The translations under genes and the position numbers were made by a program. A stretch of 56,342 bases of DNA, the filler included, from Basidiobolus ranarum (taxonomy: Eukaryota): NCBI GenBank assembly GCA_040143965.1. It is 3 parts of 3 records of this genome, joined end to end, with 100 filler letters (N's around TTAATTAATTAA, not from the genome) between each part and the next. Parts side by side here need not be neighbours in the genome. Positions count along the whole stretch, not along the records: positions 1 to 18,750 come from JASJQH010000268.1; positions 18,851 to 37,558 come from JASJQH010000269.1; 1 more part is not named here. The stretch is one strand, 5' to 3'. Shown piece by piece: positions 12,940 to 26,602 of this stretch (its first letter is position 1; each line of letters opens with the position of its first letter). The notes below the pieces were generated by a model that was not told the DNA's origin, did no database searches, and saw only the letters and a program-made list of their open reading frames with translations.

Positions 12940-14206
12940 TCAATTGCTAGCCAAGAATTCTTTCATATCAAATTCAAGCTCGCCTTCTTTCTTGGTCACC
13001 ACTCCTTTTTCGGTGGCAATGGCAGTAATCAAACTGGCCGGGGTAACATCAAACGAAGGGTTCCATATATTGATTCCTTTGGCGGCCACTTGAACAGTTT
13101 TGGCAACCACTCCAACTTCGTCGGGTAAAATACCACGAACTAGGCTGACCTCTTGAGGTGGACGTTGTTCAATAGGAATCTCGGCACCACTGGCAATCTT
13201 AAGATCCACTGAAGTGGAAGGTGCCGCTACAATAAATAGAGCACCATGATGCTTAGCAGTAATGGCTAGTTGGTATGTGCCTATTTTGTTAGCGGTGTCA
13301 CCGTTTGCGGCAACTCGATCAGCACCAACAATGATGGCTGAAACTTTTTCTTGTCTCAAGAGTGCAGATGCCATAGAGTCACAAACGAGGGTAGCTGGGA
13401 TATTGTCATAAACCAGTTCATACGCAGTTAATCTTGATCCTTGGTTATAAGGCCGTGTTTCGGTACAGTAAGCGTGCTCAAGGCGCCCGGTATTATGAAG
13501 AGAACGAATAATTCCCAAAGCTGTTCCGTAACCAGCAGTAGCGAGAGAGCTATACAGAGAAACGTACAAAAGTCAATATAGTTTCAATTTTGCCAAAAGT
13601 TATCTTGGTAAAAATACTCTACCCAGTATTACAATGAGTTAAAACCTTGAGAGGGATAGATTCGGATATATTGTTCAAAATATATTCTGCACCATATTTT
13701 CCAATATTTTTGTTGTCTTGCACGTCATCGGTAAGCATTTGTTCGGCGGCATTAACGTAAGCGCTAATAACGTCTTGGGAAGAAACGGTTTGGGCAGCAG
13801 CTGCCTGTGTCGTTCTCCAAAGTTTCTCGGCAGCATCAAAAAGATTAACAGCAGTTGGGCGAGATGTCTTAAGATATTGTAGAGATTCCTCGATGAAAGC
13901 CAAAGTTGGAACAGTACCACTCAAAGTATCCCCTTTATTGAACAACTCGATGCAAAGTGAAAGTGCTGCTACAATAGCTATAGCAGGTGCTCCACGGACC
14001 TTTCCATATAAACAAGAAAATTAAGATATGAAAACTCACAAGTTAATCTCGAACCAAAAGAGTACCTGCATGGTTTTGATTGCAGAATGTCCCTCTTTGA
14101 TCCCATTAATCGGAATATAGACAGTTTCATGAGGAAGTAAAAGCTGATCTAAAACCAAAAGTTCACCTCGCTTGTAACGAATTGCTTCAAGAGTTGGAGC
14201 GGACAT
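12940..14206 (-). CDS. MRI1: Methylthioribose-1-phosphate isomerase; 3 exons
   Basis: Introns 14000-14065 and 13550-13622; motifs [69 protein letters not shown]. Confidence 0.96.
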
Positions 14207-14521
14207 GTTTACTAGAATTGTCAACAAAGAAAGGTGGTGATGAATGAATGTTGGGTAAATATATCATTTTGGATGGAATCTTTTTCTACTAATTATAGAT
14301 TTAAACAAGATTTAAAGATAACTTGTTAATCGAAGATTTCACAAGTTTCGAGATTTATCCCATCAACTGCCAAAACTAAGAATTTAGGGTATATTTACAT
14401 CAACTTTCGTCATTGAAATTTACGTGACTTGAATTGCAAAAATTCTACGCCCGAGTATCTATTAAACTCAATAAAATATAGCTACTACCCAAGCAACTAC
14501 TCCTTTATCTTATTTTTCATA

Positions 14522-14903
14522 ATGGACCACACTTTAGAAGAAGTAGTTAAGCATTGCGGTCTTCAGCTTGAGATGTATCAACGTTGTGTTGAGAGTAATC
14601 CAAGCAACTGGGAATCTACCTGTTTTAAACAAAAGCAGGCTCTTACGAAATGCTCCGAAGAAAAGTGGGTGGTTTATGCTATGTGGTATGTGTTCCGTGG
14701 TTAACTCATTTATTTTTAGCGTTGAAGCCTTGAGGGTGGTCAAACAAAAATGTACACCTATTATTACCATGTACGAAACTTGTTTAAAGAATCATCAACA
14801 AGAACCGGAGAAATGTCTTGATTCTCTAAAGGAGTTATACGAATGTACTCAAGAAGCACACGAAGCTTACCTCAAAACACAGGAAAGCAAAAATACAAAC
14901 TAA
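14522..14903 (+). CDS. Mitochondrial intermembrane-space twin-CX9C-type protein (Mix14/CHCHD5-like); 2 exons
   Basis: Intron 14665-14719; four CX9C/CX10C pairs (CGLQLEMYQRC, CFKQKQALTKC, CTPIITMYETC, CLDSLKELYEC); head-to-head with MRI1. Confidence 0.85.
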
Positions 14904-15673
14904 GAACTACCCTTCCTCAGACAACCTAGCTCACAAATTAAAATCAGACCTAGTTAATCATGTTTGTCTTGTACACCTTTTTCAACTTATAAAGATCATT
15001 GGAGCAGAATTCCGATCAAGTTCAAAGAGAAGCCTAGGCCTATATGATTCCATGTTATAGTTGATGGTTGTATGCAGTAATAGAGTTGATCACCAGTGCT
15101 ATTTAGTTTTTCCCATGGCACAAGGATTCTATAATTAGAGCAAGACATCAAATAGATATTAACAGGCAACTGGGGACTAGAACCACCTTGCTGATTCATT
15201 ATCGTGTGAGAGCTATGTAGTGTTTGGGGGAATCTGCAGGGAAAGCAGTGGTTGAGTGTTGGTAAATTACACTACCGTTCTTGATTCGAAAAGGCACACA
15301 TGTATATGGTAATTTTCCTTCTCATTCGTCTGGATAAACTTGTTTGGATCAGCCTGTTTAGCGAGAGTAGATTTTTAATACATCAACCAATGTAACGAGT
15401 TACCACACTCAGATAATATTGAAGGAGATAGAGAGAAGATAGCTATAAATGTAATTCTACGATCGAGTGAGCTGAATCGAATGAAATATCTGACAAGAGT
15501 TCACTATTCTTAGGATCAGTAATCTTAGACGGACTGGCCTATATTTCGTGTCTATGATAATAAGAAATTAGATGCTCACTGAAATAAACTTCAAAAACTA
15601 TATTGAAAATAATGCCAAAGTACTACAAGCGACGTATAAAGAGATATAATGAATATCTTTGTAATAATCCGTA

Positions 15674-16696
15674 TTAGTTTCTAGGATTCGCGTCAGGAAT
15701 ATGTGTATAAAAATTTAACATCGTATCATCCTCATCATCAACAGGATTCATAATGTTAGAAAGTGCTGCATCTGATTCAATATAGTGGGGATTGGAATTG
15801 ATTAGCATCCCGTGAATACCCATCAGCGATTGTGCAGGAACGGCCGTGCTAGAAGACGTGTATGGTAGATTAGATACTGATCCCAGAGAAGAAACTGGGG
15901 TTGAGGTAGCAGAGGCAGAATTGGAATTTGGGGAAGGTGAAGGTGAGTGCAGCAAAGGTGACTTCAAGGCTGAAGAATTATTGCTACCAACCGCTGAGCT
16001 AGAGCTTGGAGCTGCTTTAGAGGATTTTAGACCGTCAACTTCTTTCCATTTTAGCTTTTTTCGACTTGGCTCGGACGCGACAGGCTGAGTTTTATTACTT
16101 TCAGAACGAACTTTTGAAATAGGAAGTTCACCAGTCTGCGCGTACTCACGTACTAAACGAGCCACGGTATTTTTACTCATACCCAAATAAAAAGCAGTTC
16201 GGCGTACCGAGTCAGCTTTAATGGCTGTCTTTTGAGTTAAACGCTCTTCTTCACATTTAAAGTAGCAGTGAATCACAAGCTGAATTTCTTCGGGAGTTAA
16301 CTTTTTCCCGGAGGAACGTTTTGGTAAAGTATGGTTAACTTCGGTTTGAGGGCAGTTCATAGTGGTATGACCAGCTTCTCCACATTGATAACACGTTCTA
16401 CGTTTGGGTTTCGCTTTAGCAGGTTCTGATGTTAGGCTTTTTTCATCGGTATTTATGAGGTTACTGATATTATTACTACTGCTACTACTAGTGCTCAGTA
16501 AGCTATTCATGTATGAGTGGGGCTGACTTGGATTTGGCTGGTTATCAAAGGATGCATTGGTAGTGATGGACGAGGTGCCAGTGGAGGGGTTGTTTTCGGT
16601 ACTGATCTCTTTATTTGGAAAGGGCTTCATTGCGGAAACGTTGGACTCTTCTGGGTTCAAGATAGTGTGACCAACAGTTCGGTGTAGGGAATCCAT
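15674..16696 (-). CDS. CCHC zinc-knuckle plus HTH-like protein with low-complexity Ser-rich flanks; intronless
   Basis: CYQCGEAGHTTMNC (CX2CX4HX4C) followed by RRTAFYLGMSKNTVARLVREY (HTH pattern) and an NLS-like PSRKKLK. Confidence 0.8.
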   Translation of the reverse strand: MDSLHRTVGHTILNPEESNVSAMKPFPNKEISTENNPSTGTSSITTNASFDNQPNPSQPHSYMNSLLSTSSSSSNNISNLINTDEKSLTSEPAKAKPKRRTCYQCGEAGHTTMNCPQTEVNHTLPKRSSGKKLTPEEIQLVIHCYFKCEEERLTQKTAIKADSVRRTAFYLGMSKNTVARLVREYAQTGELPISKVRSESNKTQPVASEPSRKKLKWKEVDGLKSSKAAPSSSSAVGSNNSSALKSPLLHSPSPSPNSNSASATSTPVSSLGSVSNLPYTSSSTAVPAQSLMGIHGMLINSNPHYIESDAALSNIMNPVDDEDDTMLNFYTHIPDANPRN

Positions 16697-17696
16697 TCCA
16701 ACAAAATTTGAGTCATCTATTTACAACTGAAAAGAGAGCGAGAAGAGGTTGAAAGAGAACTGTACAAATACATGAACTATTAACAGTTAGAGTCTACTTA
16801 AAAATTCTTCGTGCTGAGAAAGTTCCTCTTTTAGCAAGTTAGTGCCAAATAGGAATACTTATTTACTACGAAATAAATAAGAATACTGTTGAAGTTATAT
16901 CAATTTCATGTTAAGAGGCAAACTAGGAATGAGATGTCTGGACCCTGGGGTTTTACTCAATAAAGCCCCGGCGGAGCTTGACCAAGTGTCTAATTAAGGA
17001 TTAGAGGGGAATCAAGATCGTGTTATTTGTGAATCGCTGTCAAATAACCTGTCATTCACTTTGATTAAGGCATCTGGAGGGTTAGGGCTCGTTAGTGAAA
17101 GTCAAGTGAGTAATGCATGAATCATCTGCATACGATTCATACTGCACACCTGCATAGATGTATTGTCTGACTTTTGTTATTGTTGGAATGCATACCAATT
17201 TGATGGCCAAAATAGTACCAGCCAATGGCTGAAGCTAATTTAGGTAAATCCTGTTTTAGCTGGTATTAAGCCACCTTCTCTACTGCCTTCCCCATATTAT
17301 GTATTTGAGTTAATCTTGTATGAATTCCATTTTTAGTTACTGTGGTGCAGGCGCAGTCATTTGGGTGAAAGATTCAGGCAGTAGGAATATTAGTAATGCC
17401 CGTTTATTAGCTATGGTTCCAGCGTGGCTCTCGACTCGAACTATCCAGCTCTTTTGAGATAAGGGCTCATAATATCGGCAGGATTACTTAGTCAGCAAAT
17501 AATACTAGTGTTTTATTACTGTAACATATCGGTATTGGTATTGAAGATAATTATATCATCAAATAAGTTGGTATATGGTAGGGAATGTGACACAATTGTA
17601 AGGGAAACGATGAGTAAAATTATTCATCGAATAACTATCTATCAGTGTTGGTATATTGTAGGGAATGTGTCACATTTGATGGTTCTGCATTCCTAC

Positions 17697-18059
17697 CTAC
17701 TCATCAGCTACCTCGAACATGTGGGAGTAGAAGTCCTTCTTGTTTACCTTCACGAGTATAGCATAGTTCTTGCCTGCTTCGATATCGGATGGAACATCCC
17801 ATGTGAATGATTTGTCATTCACCTTGGCAGTACTGGTGAGAGTGTACTCAGTTCGAAGAGTCTTTGCATCACCTCTTCGAAGCTCAATCACCACGGGAGG
17901 GTTGCTAGGCTCGTCACTAGTGATTCTCCACTCGACCACTGCTGAGGAGCCAGAGATCCATTTTGTTCCAGCCACTGGATTAGTGATAGAGATATCTGCG
18001 CGAACACTTAAAGCGGCCATAGAGATAAGGGCAGTAAGAAGGGCTGAAGAAAAGCGCAT
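17697..18059 (-). CDS. Small secreted Kre9/Knh1-N (Ser-Thr-rich GPI-anchored family) domain protein
   Basis: Signal peptide MRFSSALLTALISMAALSVRA; ITNPVAGTKWISGSSAVVEW…SFTWDVPSDIEAGKNYAI…YSHMFEV. Confidence 0.85.
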   Translation of the reverse strand: MRFSSALLTALISMAALSVRADISITNPVAGTKWISGSSAVVEWRITSDEPSNPPVVIELRRGDAKTLRTEYTLTSTAKVNDKSFTWDVPSDIEAGKNYAILVKVNKKDFYSHMFEVADE

Positions 18060-18750
18060 ATTAGTGTATGGAAAGGTAAGTAGTATGAAGAGAAGACTGG
18101 TTGAATCTGTGTTTGTGCTGAGCACTTTGGCAGCCTTTTGTAGTTGTATCGAGGTGAATGATAGCTCCTGTATGCCAATACTCCAGACTCGCTACCTTAG
18201 CCATTTGGGCCATTTCACTGCATCCTGCTCTGGGTCACTGCAACTTACTTCCTGTTGACACCCTATTTCTCACTTTAATCCATCTGTTTTAGTGTACTAC
18301 TTTTACTAGTTCAACGGATTATTCTAAACGTGAAATTATCATGATACATTTATTGGTCTGATCCACTTTTACATTCGGAGATTTATGCACCATTCTGGGA
18401 TCATATTTTCTAACCTAACTTGCTAATGCCATGAGAGTAACTGCATTGGTCGGACTAAGATCTAAGATGTATTCGACTGAGTATTTTCCGATGGATTTTT
18501 AACATAGAGATCTGTTTATATTAAATAATAATATAATATTTATTTCCGAGTTTGCAGTTCAAATAATTCATTGCCTATGCTATGGGGTACTGAATTAGTA
18601 GGGGAAATAAATTGAATTATAGGGTGTCAACAGGAAGTAAGTTGCAGCGGCCCAGAGCAGGATGCAGTGAAATGGCCCAAATGGCTAAGGTAGCGAGTCT
18701 GGAGTATTGGCATTCAGGAGCTATCATTCACCTCGATACAACTACAAAAG

Positions 18751-18850
18751 NNNNNNNNNNNNNNNNNNNNNNNNNNNNNNNNNNNNNNNNNNNNTTAATT
18801 AATTAANNNNNNNNNNNNNNNNNNNNNNNNNNNNNNNNNNNNNNNNNNNN
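18751..18850. other. Artificial contig spacer (44 N + TTAATTAATTAA + 44 N)
   Basis: Six-frame stop linker flanked by equal N runs, 100 bp in total; identical to the second spacer. Confidence 0.97.
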
Positions 18851-19349
18851 ATCAATTTAATAGCATTTTGATTGCGGTTATTTTACTTGATTATAACTAT
18901 TCAGTTAGGATAGTTACATAAATTTACGTCAAAATCCTTTAGCTACAAGTACGCTGAAAGAAAGGTGAACCATGCACTTCAAATAACTATCCAAGTAAAA
19001 AAGCCTATCAGATGGAATAGATTACCATATTGTATGTTTTAACATTGCTTATATTCAAGGACGAGAGTTGTACAACTTATTTTGGGCTCTGATAATTCTT
19101 CCCTAGAGGTTTATCAAGGCTACTTCATCAATATTTGCAATTGGCATGCTTTGTCAAAGTGTATACTCCTAAGTGTTCTATTTATAGTTAGATTTCAAAC
19201 TTCTCTTGAGCTGCCTTATTCAGTACTGCTAAGTATACCAGAAACAATACAATGCAAGAGCAAAGTGGACAGAAACACTAAACCGAGGTAAGTCAATTTA
19301 TTATCTATAAGATGGTAGCAAAGTTTTTTCTTGCAACAAATCTCATCCG

Positions 19350-20445
19350 TATGGACTTTTACATAGTGCAAATGCTCGGTGTTGAATGGCAAGTGCATTG
19401 CTGATATTTTCATCAGAGCTCCTATTTAAACATTCTAAGTTTGAAAAGAACGGTTACCTCACCCGAGCTCCATATTTATCTACCAGGAGGCCAAGCAACT
19501 CCAGCTCGAGCTCAGCAAGGGTCAAAATGCCAATATCAATACTCCTATGGATTGAAGCTAGGGTTTTTCAAGCAACATGAATGCATCTGCAGCTGATATT
19601 AATATGTTGTTTTGCTCTATAAAAAGGAATAGATAGTTGGTACTCATCATAGGATAAGCATTCAATAGTAGTTACCTAGTAAGCTTAGTGCAGGAAGTAA
19701 AAACGAAGGATGAGCAACCAGAGTATTTCCGATATCAAAATCTTCAAATATCTTGGCCACATTTGCTCCCGACTGCTCGAGTCTCAAGTACAATGGCTTG
19801 ATATATTCTGGAGTTCTACGGAGTGAAAAATACCACATAGGGTCTTCTTCTGTGAGAAGATATCGAAGCATTTCAGAGGCATTCAGATCAAGCTCTTGAA
19901 TATATTTGAATAGTTCTACGGAACGTTCTAATACAATCCATTGTTGTATCTTCTTATCTTCGGCGTTGAATTGTAAATTAAATGAATGTAACACATAATC
20001 AGCAACATCTATATTCACATAACCACGGCAAGCAGCCTCAAAAGTCTTTTTCAATATATCGTGGAATCCTTCAAATTGCAGTTTATCATTTACATGATAT
20101 ATCTCTTCTATTAGGAACTGAACCAACCCAAGTAGCTCTCCAAGATCATTCCCACACATTCTGGCGATATGTAGAAGAAGAGTCTTGGAGGTGTGAATGA
20201 TATTTTCAGTAGCCGGATCACCATATTTGATTAACCATTGTATGTTTTCTACATTTATACCATAGTTGGTCAAATTGGTTTCTATAAACTTCAAACGGAG
20301 TGTAACGGAATTTCAACTGCGACTTAGTATTAATATGTATATATTGTATTTGTATGACTAGCACTCTCAATTCCAGTGTAACAATCAAAGTATGAACGAT
20401 GGTACAAACCACATGTATCACTTGATTCAATCCGTTTGCAAGCAT
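19350..20445 (-). pseudogene. Probable degenerate ankyrin-like/helical-repeat protein gene
   Basis: 210-aa ORF without ATG (IQWLIKYGDP, LEQSGANV); after a putative intron near 19616-19675 the frame hits TAG, but a shifted frame continues ELLGLLVDKYGARV; boundaries approximate. Confidence 0.4.
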
Positions 20446-20603
20446 TCAATGAGGATAACAGAAAGTCAATATTTTGCTAGTTAAAAATCCAGTAAAATAG
20501 AGATTTTTATTCGATAGATTAGCCAGCCCAAGAATTAATAACTCAGGATGGGAAAAGAGGAAGATATATACATTTAAACTAAGTTGAAATATGAAATAGC
20601 ACT

Positions 20604-22125
20604 TCAACCACCAATACGAATCATTGGCCTGTTTTTCGTATTGGATAGCTCGATCATATCAGCATGCTCCTTCTTCTTATCATCCACCGCCATACTAATG
20701 ATGGCCAGTAGCTCCTCATCGGTAGCATTACGACGCATCATATCTCGCAGACTGACTTCTTCATTTCCAAATAGACAAACCTGGGAAGAAGATTTTTAGT
20801 TACATACTTGTGAACTCTATGGACAGCAAAACACTCCTTCAGATTTCCGTCAGTGGTAAGTCGTAGTCTGTTACAAATGCCACAGAAATGATCAGTCATG
20901 GAGCTGATAAATCCAAACTGTCCTTTAAATCCTGGAACTCGAAATCCCTTGGAAATGGGATTAGGATCATCTTCAACTTTGACTACACTTTTGAATTCTC
21001 CCTCGATTCTATCCAAAAGATCTTTGTACGGCACTAGGTTGTTGTTTTTCCATTCTTTACCTAAAGAAAAATCTGAGATTAGTCATCTCCCGTATACAAG
21101 GTAGGCAGAACAATCATCTAACCATCAACAGGCATCTATTGAATGAAACCAATATCGATTGGACTATTCTCTGTCATTCTGATTAAATGAACCACCTAGT
21201 GATCATTGACTCCGCGCATAACTACGTTATTAATCTTCACTGGGTGAACACCTAGGTCTACAGCTTGTTGAATGCTCTCCAACACTCTTTCGTGACCCTT
21301 TCTACGAGTCATAAGTTCAAATTGAAATTTATCCAAAGTATCCAGACTAAAATTCAATGCATTTAATCCATGTTTGACCATCTCTGGCAATTTCCGTTTC
21401 ACTGCGATTCCATTAGTAGTCATAGCGATAGTACGCAACCCACGTTCTCTTAATTTCCCAAGTTCCTCTAACAAAAGCTAAAGTTAGAACAAGCAATGAG
21501 TGATTCATTTGAAAGGGATGAATTACTTACGAACTAATTCCACTACATCCTTTCTGACTGTAGGTTCTCCTCCAGTTAATCGAATCTTAGTTACACCTTG
21601 GTCTACGAATAATCTAGCGAGACGTAAAATCTCTTCAGTAGTTAACATTTTTTCCGAGGGTTGTAAATCGATTCCTTCAGCAGGCATACAGTATAAACCT
21701 AAACCCGAGAGAAGAACCAACGTTAGATTGATTTCTATTCAAAAAAGATACCTAGTATTTAAACACTAAAGATAGTACACTTACAGCGTAAATTACATTT
21801 CTCTGTGATAGAAATGCGAAGATAATCGTGATGACGTTCATATCGATCCATTAAAACTGGTGAATAAGGATTTTCTGCATCCATAGCGGCAATCTTAGAC
21901 TAAATAGGTAACGAGTGGATTAGATACTGAAAAAAGGATTTCCTCTTTCTTAAGCATAGTTTTAATTACCTGAACTCTTAAACGAATAGATTCTGAACCG
22001 TTCAACACGACTGCACTTTGAACCTTATTGTTGGATAGAGCTGAAGTATGTAGCCAGTTATACCGGGATAACATGACTCGAGAGCCAGCTCTAGGGAGTA
22101 AAGAAGATCGGAGAAAGGCCTTCAT
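20604..22125 (-). pseudogene. moaA: GTP 3',8-cyclase (MoaA/MOCS1A/Cnx2), Moco biosynthesis; disrupted 3' half
   Basis: Spliced: [17 protein letters not shown] (radical-SAM CX3CX2C), [28 protein letters not shown]-terminal RPMIRIGG; in-frame TAG at 21196-21198 and 21136-21138; last intron 20781-20836 begins GA. Confidence 0.85.
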
Positions 22126-22989
22126 GGAGGCTTTAAAAGAATATATATATGAAGGAAAAGTGGGGGAAATGTGTGATTTGAAACGCAAAGAATTTGTGAT
22201 AAACACTTGTATTGTACTGATTGAACAAAGCTGACCTTGTAGTTAGAAGGTTAAAGTTGAGGTTGCTTCTATCTATTTCAAAGAGCAAAAGACGGATAGT
22301 TTCCAAGGTTCAATGTGGCTATTTATTCAAAAATGCAGATAGGATTATTCATTAACCGACTTTACACCACTTTTCGATCATAAATGCGTGTGATTAGGTT
22401 CCGAGTGGATGATTTGTGATCTGCACGTAGCTAGTACACATGATTTTTGGACGAATCTCCTATCAGGGGGCATTAACAAGAATTTCCAGTTTGAGGGAAA
22501 GGGTTAGCACAAGCACCACACGGATTGAGATTATCTTTCGACATAAAGCAGTAATTCGTTGGAGAAATATTTAGCGCGCAGTGATTGAAATAACCTGGGA
22601 AAGACTATCTAAAGAAGCGGTGATTACAATTCACCATACTATATATAGCAGCATTCAGCTAAATTGAGGCTGGAAGGAAGTAGTACATGATCTAGCTAGG
22701 TCTATTAGTGAATTTTCAGTGATTTTTCAGTGATTTTTCTCTACATGAGAATCTAGATCACCTGATGGATTGTCACTGAATTCAATTCAGTGGGCAGCAA
22801 AATGGTGTGGGCAGTGTATGGACAATACATAGTCCGTATTTGGAAGGTTGTTTACTCTTTTGTAAAATTGACATTTAGGTTCAAAGGTTTACTTAAATAG
22901 TCAAGTTGGTTTAATTGAGCCATTTAAATATAGGAAGTTAGTTAACTTTCTAGTCAAAGAGAGGAGTGTTCCAAGGCACTTGCGGGTGA

Positions 22990-24336
22990 TTACTGGGTGG
23001 TTTTATGGGAATATCTCAGGAGCTCTTCGTCCATTTGAAATGCTCTCATATTTTCAGCAACTAATCCCACATAGACCTCTAGACCATCTCCGTCGTGTCG
23101 TGGCAGAGAAATGGCAAGACCATCGAATTTACTGACCGGTAACCTAGCCCTGATTGGTGTTCCATATCCAAAATTCACTTCATATACTGGGAATTTGTGC
23201 CAACTAGTAAATGCAAAATCCTTATCAAGGAAAATGGAGAAACCAGGCTGAATGAGCGATTTGTTTGGCTTCGAGTTCACCCAATTCAATGCATCTTGGA
23301 TACGTTCCGAAGTCATTTTATCGACATTCTCTCGAATATTCCTACCAACCGCCTGCAAAGAATTGGAAATCAACTGGTTGGCTGTCAGCTCCGAACACGG
23401 ATAAAAGTTGACATTTCCAAAATATCCAGAGGGTAAAGGGGGCGACAATCGATTACGTCCATCACAAGCAAACCCACACTTCAATTCTACATCTCCCGAA
23501 AGTCCTCTAGCTCTGGTGACTGCTCTCCAAATAAGGGCTATCAAAGCATCGTTGGTGGAAATAAGAATCTCCGGGACATCTCCTTGAGCTGCTTGCTTTA
23601 ACTCCAATAGTTTTTCTTTTTGTATATGAAAGACCTTCGTTTCCATAGGTGGTAGAGTGGGTGGAGCCAACGGCTCAGTCTCTTCAACTTCGCTATCGAT
23701 TGGTGTTGATGGGGTTGGTTCTACATATCGATATTCTGGATGTTCTTGTCTCGGTTCACCTGTAGCTTTTAAAAGTTCTCGATTATGCGATATCGGTTCG
23801 CAAGGAAGTCCACGGCTTAGCCTAGACCAATTATTTAATAGAGAAAAAAAGCTGTTACCATCACCAACACTATGATGTAAAGCGGCACTAAGGATTACTG
23901 AGTTACAAGGGAGTCTAGTAATTTGAGAGGCGAAAATATATGGTTGTTTAGAGGATAGAAACACTCCACAGGGAAAATATTCGTCCGATAGGTTTTGAAA
24001 ATCCGTTTTCAAAAACCAACTAACATCTCTGGTAGTTTTTGCTTCGACGAGTAACACTCCTTGGTTATTTAGTTCAATCTCCATATTTCCGTCCGCTAAG
24101 TTGGTTAAAGTTCCTGTAAGTATTGGGTAAAGTCCTAATAGCTTCACCAAACTTGCTTTTAAGGTTTCCATGGGCATGAATGTCGCTTCATCGCTAGTAT
24201 TCTTAAAGAAGAGAGCAAGTCTAGTGAAACACCGTGGCATGACGACATCATTATTGGTTAAGCGAACAATTTCATGTTGCCCCAAGGTGGGATTCTCAAG
24301 TTTTATTATATTCTGGTTCACAATGGAGACAGACAT
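22990..24336 (-). CDS. BAHD-family CoA-dependent acyltransferase, intronless
   Basis: HXXXD motif (HHSVGDG), ISTNDALIALIW, GYFGN, DFGWG-like NFGYG. Confidence 0.92.
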   Translation of the reverse strand: MSVSIVNQNIIKLENPTLGQHEIVRLTNNDVVMPRCFTRLALFFKNTSDEATFMPMETLKASLVKLLGLYPILTGTLTNLADGNMEIELNNQGVLLVEAKTTRDVSWFLKTDFQNLSDEYFPCGVFLSSKQPYIFASQITRLPCNSVILSAALHHSVGDGNSFFSLLNNWSRLSRGLPCEPISHNRELLKATGEPRQEHPEYRYVEPTPSTPIDSEVEETEPLAPPTLPPMETKVFHIQKEKLLELKQAAQGDVPEILISTNDALIALIWRAVTRARGLSGDVELKCGFACDGRNRLSPPLPSGYFGNVNFYPCSELTANQLISNSLQAVGRNIRENVDKMTSERIQDALNWVNSKPNKSLIQPGFSIFLDKDFAFTSWHKFPVYEVNFGYGTPIRARLPVSKFDGLAISLPRHDGDGLEVYVGLVAENMRAFQMDEELLRYSHKTTQ

Positions 24337-24696
24337 GATGATTGCGAATTAAGAGAGCGTTTCAGACTATTGATGGATATTTTCGCATTCATTTATCCAG
24401 ATACTTCTTGATTTGTAATGATTTATTCTTTCTGCGGAATGTTTACTAGTAAATGCATATATATGTAGCAAATGTATATATCATTTTACTAGATTTAATT
24501 GGATTTGAAACTAGTTGATCAAAGGATGGCACTTTGGGCGTGAAGAAAGAAGGTTTGGAAAGGGTCACTGGGGGAAAATGAAGAGTCTCAGTGAAATATT
24601 AGTAAAGAACAGAGATGATGATGGGAAAGTAAGCTATGGTATATGGAAGAACGAGTAAATGTAAACTAACGAAGTGTGGTCCATGAAAGAAGGCAG

Positions 24697-26602
<1,906 letters not shown>

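Noticed and set aside
18751-18850. Palindromic TTAATTAATTAA between N runs (also 37559-37658)
   Set aside because: Identical engineered six-frame-stop spacer, not biological; it also invalidates linkage arguments across these points
21136-21198. TAG reassignment, readthrough or A-to-I editing as an explanation for the moaA stops
   Set aside because: The two sites correspond to Glu and Tyr, not one amino acid or Trp; TAG terminates other genes here (IBA57, TYR1, NDR kinase); neighbouring codons and a splice donor are also damaged
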